DNA from: Lama glama
Taxonomy: Eukaryota
Assembly (NCBI GenBank): GCA_028534125.1
Contig: CM052817.1
Location: 99,264,001-99,328,000 of the forward strand
DNA: 64,000 bases
Reading direction: 5' to 3'
This document shows positions 54,630 through 64,000 of the stretch, in pieces. The stretch's first letter is position 1. The number at the start of each line of letters is the position of its first letter. Position numbers and translations under genes: made by a program. The notes beneath the pieces are model-generated. The model worked only from the letters and a program-made list of their open reading frames with translations. It did no database searches and was not told the origin of the DNA.

Positions 54630-55470
54630 TCTATATTTGAAATTTAAGACATAAACCTACCCTATGTACCAGCAACTCCACTCTTAGAAATTTCCCTAAG
54701 ACAACATATGTTGAGAAAAAACGGGTAGAATAAAATTCAGAAAGGCTTTATTTTGTACCAGCCAAAAATTGGAAACAGCCCCAAATCCTTTTAGCAGAAA
54801 AACGAATAAAAATATGGTGATATGCTAATACAATGGAATAATATTCAGCAATAAAAAGAAAGAAACAAGCTACTGATAAACATAACATGGATGAATCTCA
54901 AAAGCATTACACTGACTGAAGGAAGCCTTATTCAGAGCAACACAAACTTGGTATTTCTTTTTATATGAAGTTCTAGAAAGGGAAATGTATCTGTTGTTAA
55001 AAAAAAAACAAAAAACAAAGACTAGAACAATAATTGCCTGCAGAGGGTGGAGACAGGCATTGGCTGGAAAAGAGCATGAAGGAACTTTCAAGACTGATGA
55101 TATCTTGATTGGAAACTTAGGTTACACAGCTGTTTAAATCTGTCAAAACTCATCAAATGGCACGCTTAAGACCTGTACCTTTCATTGTATGTACATTTTA
55201 CCTTATGAGCTATATTGACCACTGTTTCAAGATCTACATGCTGAAATGTTTAACAGTGAAGGGGTCTGACATCTGCAGCATACTTTGCAATCCAACAAAA
55301 AAATAAGACTGATGGATAGAAAGATGGATATATGGAGAATTGTTCAATGACACTAACAGCTAAAGGTTAATTGCAGAATCTCAGTGATGGGTCTCTGAGT
55401 GTTCACTACCGTTCTTTTAACTTCTCTGTATGTTTAAACATTTTCATTATTTCATTTTACAAATGTTGGA
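54630..55470 (+). mobile_element. L1ME-like ORF2 end and 3' UTR
   Basis: ccagcaactccactcttagaaattt...acaatggaataatattcagcaataaaaag...aacatggatgaatctcaaaagcatta...tgtcaaaactcatcaaatggcacgcttaagac. Confidence 0.88.
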
Positions 55471-55599
55471 AAACTAGTAACAAGAAAACAAATTTACCAC
55501 AGATGTCCTAGAATATAATATGCACAATCTGTATTTGCCCAAGAGGACATGGTTAATACAAGATAACAAAAGAACTTGACCTCAATTCTATTCCTTTCA

Positions 55600-55970
55600 A
55601 CAATGGCCATTAATAATGCTTTCAATCATTAACAGCTATACTTTCCTTCAGTTCAGTAAATGTCTATTGTCCAAGATCTTTCACATATTCTCCTTCCTGA
55701 CACATCTCATGGTTTCCTACGTGAATTTACATTTAACCAGCATTCCTTACACACTTCTCAGTATGCTTTGATAGTTCTTGAGCTGAATGTGTACATCATT
55801 TCACAATTCTGATCCTTTGTTCTGCCAAGAGGCCTTCCTCTTAGTCTTGCTTGCCAGCAAACTTCCTTCTCACCTTTCAAAACCTTACTCAAAGGTAAGC
55901 CTCCTCAGACTGCCAAGTCAAATTTCATAATGCATTATTCCTTGTAGTCCTACAGGATCTTAGAATATAA
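55600..55970 (+). mobile_element. L2 fragment
   Basis: ttctgccaagaggccttcctc...gcaaacttccttctcacctttcaaaacctt. Confidence 0.5.
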
Positions 55971-55979
55971 ACTTATAAA

Positions 55980-56195
55980 TTAATAGCTGCTATGATTAAG
56001 CACTGACAATATGCCAAGAATTATGACTCCATTCACAAAACAGTCCTAACATAAATATTACTTCCACTTAAAAAATGTAAAAAGTAAAAGCTCAGAAAGG
56101 TAAAGTAACTAACTTGCCAAGGTAAAGGCAAAACTACCCCACAACTCCAGGTTTGTCTAAATAAGAGCCTCAAATTTCAACTATTTCCTCATACT
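55980..56195 (-). mobile_element. MIR fragment
   Basis: taatagctgctatgattaagcactgacaatatgccaag...gctcagaaaggtaaagtaac...cttgccaaggt. Confidence 0.75.
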
Positions 56196-56204
56196 GACCT
56201 TTAA

Positions 56205-56315
56205 GTTTTATTATGATAAATTCACATACCATACAATTTATTATTCATTTAAAGGGTACACTTACATGGTTTTTAGAATGTTCAAAGAGTTGAGAAACCA
56301 TTGTCACAATCATAT
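56205..56315 (-). mobile_element. Short L1MA/MB 3' terminus
   Basis: gataaattcacataccatacaatt...catttaaagggtaca...ggtttttagaatgttcaaagagttg. Confidence 0.8.
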
Positions 56316-57034
56316 TAACATTTAAATATATTCTACATTATAGGCATTGATAAGCAATGGTAATAAAGACTTCCAAGATAAAAAATTATCTATGTCCTAC
56401 TACAAACATACAAAAATGTATCTGCTCACAAATGGAACAAACCATATTCTTTGGGCCAGCTATGTACTTAGTACATAATAGAGAAATAAAATAAATCAAT
56501 TTCCAAATTCATTGACTGATTCAAATCATCTCTGAGGAAGCAACATAGTAATATTTCAGCTTTGGGCTACATAAAAACAAAGAAAATTCAGTCACAATGA
56601 TTCACTTAAAAGGATATTAAGCAGTAGGCAGATTTCAGGATATTTTCATTCCCTTTACCGTTTTTACTATTATTATAAAATTTCAGAGTAAAAAAACTAA
56701 AATCTTCAACAGAGGGGGAATCTTTAAAGCTGCATTTATCATGTTTAACAGTATTTTTTTTTAAACGCACTGTTCTCATGCTATAGCTTAAGTGTCTACT
56801 TAAGAGACAAATTGAATTCCTTGCTAATATTTAAGAAAGAAATCACTGAATTTTTAATATCCGCCATCCATTTTAACAAAAAGCATTTCAAATGTTTTGG
56901 CATTAAAAATTTGGAAGATAACTATGTCTTTTAGTTAGGGAAGCTATTTTTCCAACTTTCTATTAAAAACCAATTACTAAAGTATAAAATTGCACATATT
57001 ATTCTTTTTTCTTTATACTCATCAACTTTAATGA

Positions 57035-57200
57035 ATAATTAGTATTTGTTAGGCTCTATACTAAGGACATATATGAATTATTTATATTTTCAACAACCCA
57101 TGAGGAAATTAAACTTACAACAACCCATAAGGTAAATACTACATACTATTATGTCCATTTTATAGATGAGAAAGAAGTAATTTTCCTAGGCCTCGACAGA
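57035..57200 (-). mobile_element. MIR fragment with a small internal duplication (caacaacccatRagg twice)
   Basis: caacaacccatgagg...caacaacccataaggta...tattatgtccattttatagatgagaaa. Confidence 0.75.
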
Positions 57201-58279
57201 AAGCAAGTATAAACACTGCTGACTTTTGTGGGGGTTTTTACCTGAACTAGGGAGTCTCTTCTTTTTTTTTTTTTTTGAAGATTTTTTCTTTTAACTAGTA
57301 ACAACAGCAAAAAGAAACAATGTCTTTCAGATCACTAAGGTTCAGAAGTTCCATTTCCGAAGTACTATCAGTTTGAAATATCACAAACTTTCATATAAAT
57401 GCTATTTTATTTAACATGCAAATAGTCCACTGAAAGAGAAAAGAGCATTTTAAGCCTAGTACTTCAGTCCCTAAGGATCTAGTTGAAAAGCCAGACAAGC
57501 CCTTGAACTTTATCAAGATAAATCCCTGGCATCCACTAATCACCAGAGAGGATCTTCAAATTAGATAAGACCAAGAATTCCGGCATGGGAATGAGCACAA
57601 ACACCTTGCCATCCACAAAGGCCCACAACCTGGCAGCCTTTCAGCAAGGTTCCACTCATGTAGCTGTTACTCTAAACTTTCCAGCTATTGCTTGGAAGTT
57701 GATAATTCTTAAGATATGAGGAGAGTTGTGATTTCTGACACAGCATTCCAGAGATAAACACATGATCAGAGGGATGCTTTGAAATTCTCAAAAGATATTC
57801 CTCTGGTCTAAAGCTGCATGAAAACCGTTTTTCAAAAGGTATCTCTTACTAAGAAAAAGAGGGGCGAAAACAGAGCAGTTTGCTTGCCATCAGACAATAC
57901 ATTAAATGCATACCAAACATGTAAGTTCCAAATAACACCCTGAAAAATGCTATTACCAAAATCCCCCTTTGTTTTTCTATTTCAATGAACCCCTTAAAAT
58001 GTATTCCCTAAGCACAGTTTCCTAAATAAGTTCACAACCTACTTACTGAAGGTATCACTAAGGCATAGACTTAATTTCTACCCTATTTAAAAAGAAATAA
58101 ATGCCAAAAATATATGAAATTTGAGGCATTTCTAAGGAAACAAGTTTGAGTACATTAGAAAGGTATATTAAATTTAAAAATCTATACCATAAGTTTTTCT
58201 GACTACTCAATCTAAGAGTAATATAAATTTAAACAAATTATAAAAATTATGACCATTAAAAAACTAATCATTTACACTT

Positions 58280-59222
58280 TTTCTCTCCCTCACAATATAG
58301 CCATTGCAATTTGTTATATAATTTTTGAGGCATATGTGAACATATATATATTTGTTTGAAAGACCACAAATTCCAAACAAATTGTACACTGCTTTTTTCA
58401 TTTAATAATAAATCTTCAACATCACTTTACATCAATATATAGTATCGTGCTTTTCTCTCTTTTAATGACTGCACAGTATTTATTATATATGTATAGGAAA
58501 CAACACATGTAAGCAATCCTTCATAAATTAGCAACTATGTTTGCAAAGCACACCCAACAAGGTCCCGAGTCCACTGGCCATGGCTCAAATCTTAGCTCTA
58601 TCACTTACTAGCAAGAGCTTAAGCTACTTACTTACTTTCCGTATGCCTCATTTTCTTCATCTCTAAAGTAAGACTAAAAATAGTATCCATCTATGCACCT
58701 ACCTACCTACTATCTAAAAAATGCACTTTAACAGGCCTTCACAGAGTAAAAGCTCAACAGGTATTAGCTTAACAATGAAACTCCTCTTACAGTAGAAAAC
58801 ATTTTATACTTGCATATATGTTCTGTATAAACATCCAGAGATATAATTAGGTTTACATATTTTAAATTTTAATTAATAAAATTAACTGCCAATTTTCCCT
58901 TGAATAAACTGTACCAATATGCCCTCTCAAATACAGAAAAATGTTTCTTCATATCCTCACTAACACTAGGCACCATCTTTTACATCTCTACAAATTTAAT
59001 CAGATGAAACAATCTTCTGGTTATTTTAGTATTTATTTCCTTCATTATTTGTGACATAGAATATCTTTACATATCTGCATATTAGCAGTATTTCTCTTCT
59101 ATGAACTACCTGTTCCTGTCATTTGTCAGTTTTTCTAGATTAGTCATTTTATCCGTTTTTTAGCATTATATGTATATACTGAGAATACAACCCTTTTATC
59201 TGTAATATGTATTCCAAATACT
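58280..59222 (-). mobile_element. Diverged L1ME-like fragments interrupted by a plus-strand MIR (about 58570-58770)
   Basis: L1 reverse motifs gcttttttcatttaata, tttaatgactgcacagtatt and tcttctatgaactacctgttc. MIR ggctcaaatcttagctctatcacttactagc...tgcctcattttcttcatctctaaa. Confidence 0.65.
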
Positions 59223-59319
59223 TAGTGTCCATACAATCCGCATGCACACACCAGAGAACAGCAGTGGCTGAGGGTTTCAACAGATGTGACAGCTCGGTTT
59301 ACATTTATTGATGAATTTC

Positions 59320-59550
59320 TCCAAGCTAAATGCTTTACATTAGTACATCTTCAGTATCATTTCACACCAGTACATACTGTTCTGCTTTTCTCTTCTCTTT
59401 AATGGCAATATGGTATTACACGATTTAAGGACAAGGAAAATGAAGCTCAAGAGGATGAGGTAACTTGTCTACTACATTCACTAATAAGTAATAAAGCCAG
59501 AACGCAAACTCAGTTTGTTTGATTTCTAGAGTCAATATTTTAACTCCTAT
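59320..59550 (-). mobile_element. MIR fragment
   Basis: aaggaaaatgaagctcaagaggatgaggtaacttgtc...aagccagaacgcaaactcagtttgtttgatttctagagtc. Confidence 0.75.
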
Positions 59551-59934
59551 ATTTCAAAGCCTATTAAAAAAAGAAAAAGACACTGAATCTAGCAGCCACT
59601 GTATCTATAATGTCATTTTATACACATGCCAATGTGCTATGTACCTGGAATTTAGACTCTTGTTAATCTCTTCATTCCAGGACACTGATTAACTTTTCAA
59701 CAGAAGTAGAGGGAACAGGATGACAGAGGATGATGGCAAAAAGATTTTCCACTAAAATTATATACTCCCTGTGTTCTTTCAGAGCATCTTAATTACCATA
59801 AAAAATTTTAACCAGCTTGGTATACCAATGTGTCAGCAAGTCTGAAGCAGAAAACTAGGAGATGAGATAAAATAAAGAGAACTGCAGATAAAGAAATAAA
59901 CAATCAGACAGAGGGAAATTATGATGATGGTATG

Positions 59935-60720
59935 TCAAAAGAAAGCAGAGCCAACCAGAGGGGAATCCCAGAGGCCAAATCAGAGACAATTTGAGCATCA
60001 ACATAAATAACAAGAACAACAGATTATAATTCATTGAATAATATAGGAAACCATGAGACCATAATGAATGTACTGAATTCATTAGATGAAGATAATAAGA
60101 GTCTCAGAGCACCTCTTCACAAGGAATACCTTAACAGTGGAGAAAACATCATTTTAATAAACGATCAGGATGAACATCATCAGTAATGAGATAAAACCAT
60201 GTACCACTTGTTACAACACAACAGGAAGAAACAATGTCACTTCTGTGATATTACTGCCAAAGATGCTTTAACTTGAATCTAACCCTGAGGAAACATTAGA
60301 CAAATCTAAACTGAGGGACATTCTACAAAACAGCTGGGCTCTCATCTTCTAAAGTGTCAAGATCATTAAATTCAAGGAAAGACTAAGGAGCTGCTCTTCC
60401 AGATTGAAGGAGAATAAAGAGACACAACAAAAAACAACACATAATTCTTAATTGGATCCTTCTATTATAAAGAGCATTACTGAGACAATTAGTGAAATTT
60501 GAAAGCTGTTTGAAGATTAGAAGGTAGTGATATAGCAGTATTAATTTCCTAATTTTGATAAACGTATTGTGGCTACATGGAAAATATACAGTATACTACT
60601 CACAGATAGAGTAACAGAGTTATGTCCACATCCCTTCAAATGACTCAGGAAAAATAAAAGTTCTTTTAACTGACAACTTCTCATACTAAGTTAGAACTTG
60701 TTTCCAGATAAAAATATTGA
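59935..60720 (+). mobile_element. L1MC4/L1MD-like 3' UTR fragment
   Basis: gaggccaaatcagagacaatttgagcatcaacataaataa...tgaggaaacattagacaaatctaaactgagggacattctacaaaa...cagattgaaggaga. Confidence 0.85.
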
Positions 60721-61165
60721 GTTTTGAAAAAGAATGTGTTTCATAACTCTAATATATACATGCCTTACAGATAGAATTGCAGAAAATTTTAAAACATAAA
60801 AAAATTTTAGGCAAATTAGCAGAAGGTTTCTTAGGACAGCCACATCAAGAGTCTGCAGTCAGCTTTCTCAAGCTGTCAAGACTCTCCACACTTTGTTGAA
60901 TTCCTGAGTCTATTGGAATCCACAGACTCCCACTTTTTTTCACAAAGGCTGGCACAGTACCAACAGCAGGGAAGTGAAAGGTAATCATTTATAAGTATTG
61001 GTGATTTCTAAGTTGTAATGAAGAAAAAAATTGTTTAAAATACAACTTGCCAGTGTATCATTAAAACTATTTTACATCATCTTATTGATTATATTGATAA
61101 GTAAAAATCTGAAATGATATACAAATCCCTGTAATTTTTATAAACTAGATCGAACATCCCTTTTT

Positions 61166-61212
61166 TTTTTTAAATTGTAGTCAACATACAATGTTGTGTC
61201 AATTTCTGGTAA
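61166..61212 (-). mobile_element. Ultra-truncated L1 3' terminus with ~13-bp TSD
   Basis: (T)n-aaattgtagtcaacatacaatgttgtgtcaatttctggt, flanked by aacatcccttttt (61153-61165) and aatatcccttttt (61213-61225). Confidence 0.75.
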
Positions 61213-61337
61213 AATATCCCTTTTTTATATTGAAGCTACAAAATTCAGCAGAGTGAAGTTAAATTCCTGTTTACCTTGTAAATCTTTATAATTTATACAT
61301 TTATAAGCATACCAAAACAGAAGACTATTTACACTAC

Positions 61338-61785
61338 CTGTCAAAAGATCTGAACTGCACAGGTTGTTCAACAGACAGATCGCCAAGAGCTCCAAGGCCG
61401 GCTGGTGGCAGGAGGGCAGAATCCACTGTGACTCCATCTGCTGGTATGTTAACCAAGCTTCGGAGAATGTCCTTCACGTTGACATTTTTTGAAACTGGAA
61501 CTGACGGTGCAGCCTTGTTATCCAACTCATTTCCTCCATCATTTTTGGTTTCCTGAGATTTATTGACTTCTAAAGAAAGAGTGCACAGCACCTCACTGAT
61601 TGCATCGGGGCCTGCACTGACACTTGGAGGTGCCACAGGAGAAGCTACACTCACACTGCTTCCTAAACCAGTAGCTGTTTCTTCCCCGATGCCCGAGTCC
61701 CTCCTTCGAGCAGACGATGTGCTTCCCGATTCCTCCACTGATGCCGGAGATAACGGGCTGGATGCTGCTGGTGAGCTTTCCACAT
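61338..61785 (-). CDS. LRBA: LRBA coding exon, 448 bp (VESSPAASS...KNVNVKDILRSLVNIPADG...EQPVQFRSFDR)
   Basis: ORF track 61334..61783. Donor GACAG|gtagtg at 61337. A pyrimidine tract and taag|ATGTGG acceptor sit at 61786. The 5' boundary is less certain than the 3' boundary. Confidence 0.92.
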
Positions 61786-62129
61786 CTTACCCAGAAAGAG
61801 AAGAAAAATACAAATAAAAAAAATTCAGAACCCATTTTTGATATATGACTTCTTAATTTTGTCCTAATATCTGTCTACTATTTTAAATTATGAGATATTT
61901 GGCATGTTCTAAAAGGCAAAAATAAATTACATAATCTATAAAATGTGTCACATAAACACACAGCATCAAAATAGATAGTTTAATAAAATAATAAATAATA
62001 ACAAAGTATCTGAGAAAATCCCAAACTGAACATGACATACCAATGAGTTGAAAGCCACTGGCTGACAAGAAAAAGTCCAAAATCCTTAGGATAAAATACA
62101 AGGTTCTTCAATAATATGAGTCTGTTAGG

Positions 62130-63190
62130 ACATACACTTCATCAGGGCACCGAATTTGTCTTCTTTAATATTTCATCACCAGCACCCATAACAATGCCTG
62201 GGCCTACAACAATGCCTGGCAAGTAGTGGGTGGTCAGTAAATACTTACCAGATGACTATTCATCTCCACCTTTATCTCCTGCTACCCACACCATAGCACG
62301 TTATTCTTCACCACAGTAAACTGCTTGCTGAACATGGGACGTGTTTTGAGCTTCCGTGCCTTTATACACGGGCATTTCTTCAGAGACTGATCCCAACACC
62401 TCTACCTCAAACGTGGTTTCTACTGCTAAAAAAAAACTTGTTACCCCTCCTACAGTGCATGAATAACTCAATGATCCTTACAAGCTAGTTCAATAAGTAG
62501 CACTACCTTTTCTCTCTATTTGATTTTCATTTCTCCAGCCAGGCATTCACTCCATTCCAACAAAAATGCTAAGTCCAATGGTCAGTTCTCAGTCCTCACA
62601 TCACTTGACACAGCTGCAGCAACTAGTTATTCTCTCCAGTGTGGTAACACTGCTTTCACTCGGCTTACAGGACACCACGCTCATCTGGTTTTTCATCAAC
62701 TCTCTCACTGATTGTTCCTCAATTTTCTTCACTTCTTTCTCTCCCTAATTTCTTAAATCAGAGGGACTTAGTTCTTACCCCATTTATTTTTTTCTGGCAA
62801 CATTTATTCCCTTTGTGGTCTCATTCACTCTCAAAGTTCTAAAAACCACTATGTCGAAAAAAAAATTCAGACTGTTATCTGTAACTACCTATTCTACATC
62901 TTCTACGTCTAAAAGACATCTCAAACTCAGTATGTTGAAAACTGAGTTTCTTATCTTTCCTTGAATATGTTTTACCTTCAGTCTTCCACTATACCTTCCA
63001 TTATACTTTATAATCATTCTTGACTACCTTCCACCTTTCACATATCCACACCCAATATTTTAAAATCCTGTTTTCTCACCATCAGAACACATCCAGAATC
63101 TGACAGAGTCTCGCCAGCTCTACAGCTACCACCCTAGTCCATCCCCACATCACCTCTTGTCTAGATTACTGCAATATCCCCCTAACTGGT
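62130..63190 (+). mobile_element. L2 fragments (L2a body about 62560-63190, resuming after the MLT1 insertion)
   Basis: gctaagtccaatggtcagttctcagtcctca...gacatctcaaactcagtatgt...acatccagaatctgac...tctagattactgcaata. Confidence 0.85.
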
Positions 63191-63764
63191 TATGTCAGAC
63201 TGTCACATGAATGGTTCTACAGGCCCATGCCTCCTGGCATTCACCCCGTTGAGAAGTCCTTGAATCTGGGCTGGGCCTGAATTACTTTAACCAGTAGAAT
63301 GTGAGAGACAGAGCACTGGGCCAGGTCTGTGCCCAGCCTTTAAGAATGTCAGGCAGCTTGTGCATTCTCAGAATCCCTGCACATCTCTGTAAGCAATCTG
63401 GCTACCTTGCTACAGAGAACATGCATAGAGACCACATAAAGAGGAAGAGGACCTCCTAACTAATGGAGTAAAACCACAGAATTCAGCTGAGAACAAGTAT
63501 CAAGGCCCCACACATACAAACCCAGACAAGCCACTGCAGTCAGCCAGCCCTAGCTCTTGAAGCCATCCTAGCTCAGGGACTAGATACATGAGCAGAAGAT
63601 CCATCTCAGGCTTTCAACCCCAGCAAACATCATCTGGAGCAGGGGTGAATCATGACCAGTGTGCTTTGCCCAAATCAAATTCACAAAGTCAGGATAAAAA
63701 GACGAAAACAGTCGTGGTTTTAGCGTCAAGGCAGTGTGCTACATGGCAGTACATAACCAGAACA
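63191..63764 (+). mobile_element. MLT1G/H-like MaLR solo LTR nested in L2
   Basis: ccatgcctcctggcattcac...ccttgaatctgggctgg...tgctacatggcagtacataaccagaaca. Near-perfect TSD ctggt (63186-63190) and ctgat (63765-63769). Confidence 0.85.
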
Positions 63765-64000
63765 CTGATTTTCCTTGCCCTGTAGGGCATAGTCTTAAAA
63801 CAGAATCCCAAGTGTTAATTTCAGAAACATAAATCAATTCTGACTCCTGTTTCGTTGTTGCTGTTGTTCTTTTTGTTGTTGTGTTGCGGTTGTTTGGGGG
63901 GGGGGGCGGTTAGGACATTATTGTGCAATCCACCATGATCTTGGGTCATCTTCCACATGATCCAGGCTGTTAAAAGACTTGTTTTAATGCTGTAAGTGCT

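Larger units (their letters stand above)
1..64000 (-). other. LRBA: Internal portion of the LRBA transcription unit (6 exons and their introns; gene extends beyond both window ends)
   Basis: Six GT-AG exons join in frame (phases 1-2, 2-1, 1-2, 2-1, 1-0, 0-2). Residues [29 protein letters not shown] and ELVNEGR match LRBA as I recall it, not the paralogue NBEA (ITAKLERALEKVA, LIEGLVC, KSSTSVV, ELINEGR). Confidence 0.95.

Noticed and set aside
57440..57960. Moderately GC-rich unique stretch as a processed pseudogene
   Set aside because: The plus-strand frames I translated hit stops quickly and showed no recognisable protein similarity. No poly(A) tail or TSD is visible.
9997..61785. Assignment to the paralogue NBEA
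   Set aside because: Diagnostic residues ([12 protein letters not shown], the extra TS in LIEGTSL, KSSSS, ELVNEG) and the Ser-rich upstream exons fit LRBA.
1513..63785. The remaining short ORFs in the track as independent genes
   Set aside because: They are 60-125 aa, compositionally biased, mostly within repeats or antisense to exons, and contain no recognisable domains.
1..64000. Nested MAB21L2 gene, CRISPR array, rRNA or snoRNA
   Set aside because: There is no long single-exon ORF, CpG island, repeat-spacer array or recognisable structured RNA in the window.

Overview
AT-rich mammalian genomic DNA lying entirely inside one large minus-strand gene, LRBA (LPS-responsive beige-like anchor, BEACH family). 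Six internal coding exons (448, 134, 79, 134, 62 and 65 bp) have GT-AG boundaries and splice into one open frame of about 307 codons, ending ...[87 protein letters not shown]. The start and stop codons are outside the window. The rest is intron filled with old eutherian repeats (L1M, HAL1, L2, MIR, MLT1/MLT2, MER2B, Tigger1) and a few younger insertions. Two tRNA-derived SINEs look like the camelid Vic-1 family, which suggests a camel, alpaca or llama genome. I found no convincing new biological system. The best leads are a candidate in-frame 6-nt microexon (49780-49785), an unusual splice acceptor on the large exon, a 760-bp palindromic Tigger1 pair, two candidate poison exons, ultra-truncated L1 insertions with target-site duplications (TSDs), and motif clusters that may be enhancers. 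Repeat family names come from recalled consensus sequences, not a search, and repeat boundaries are approximate unless a TSD is cited.
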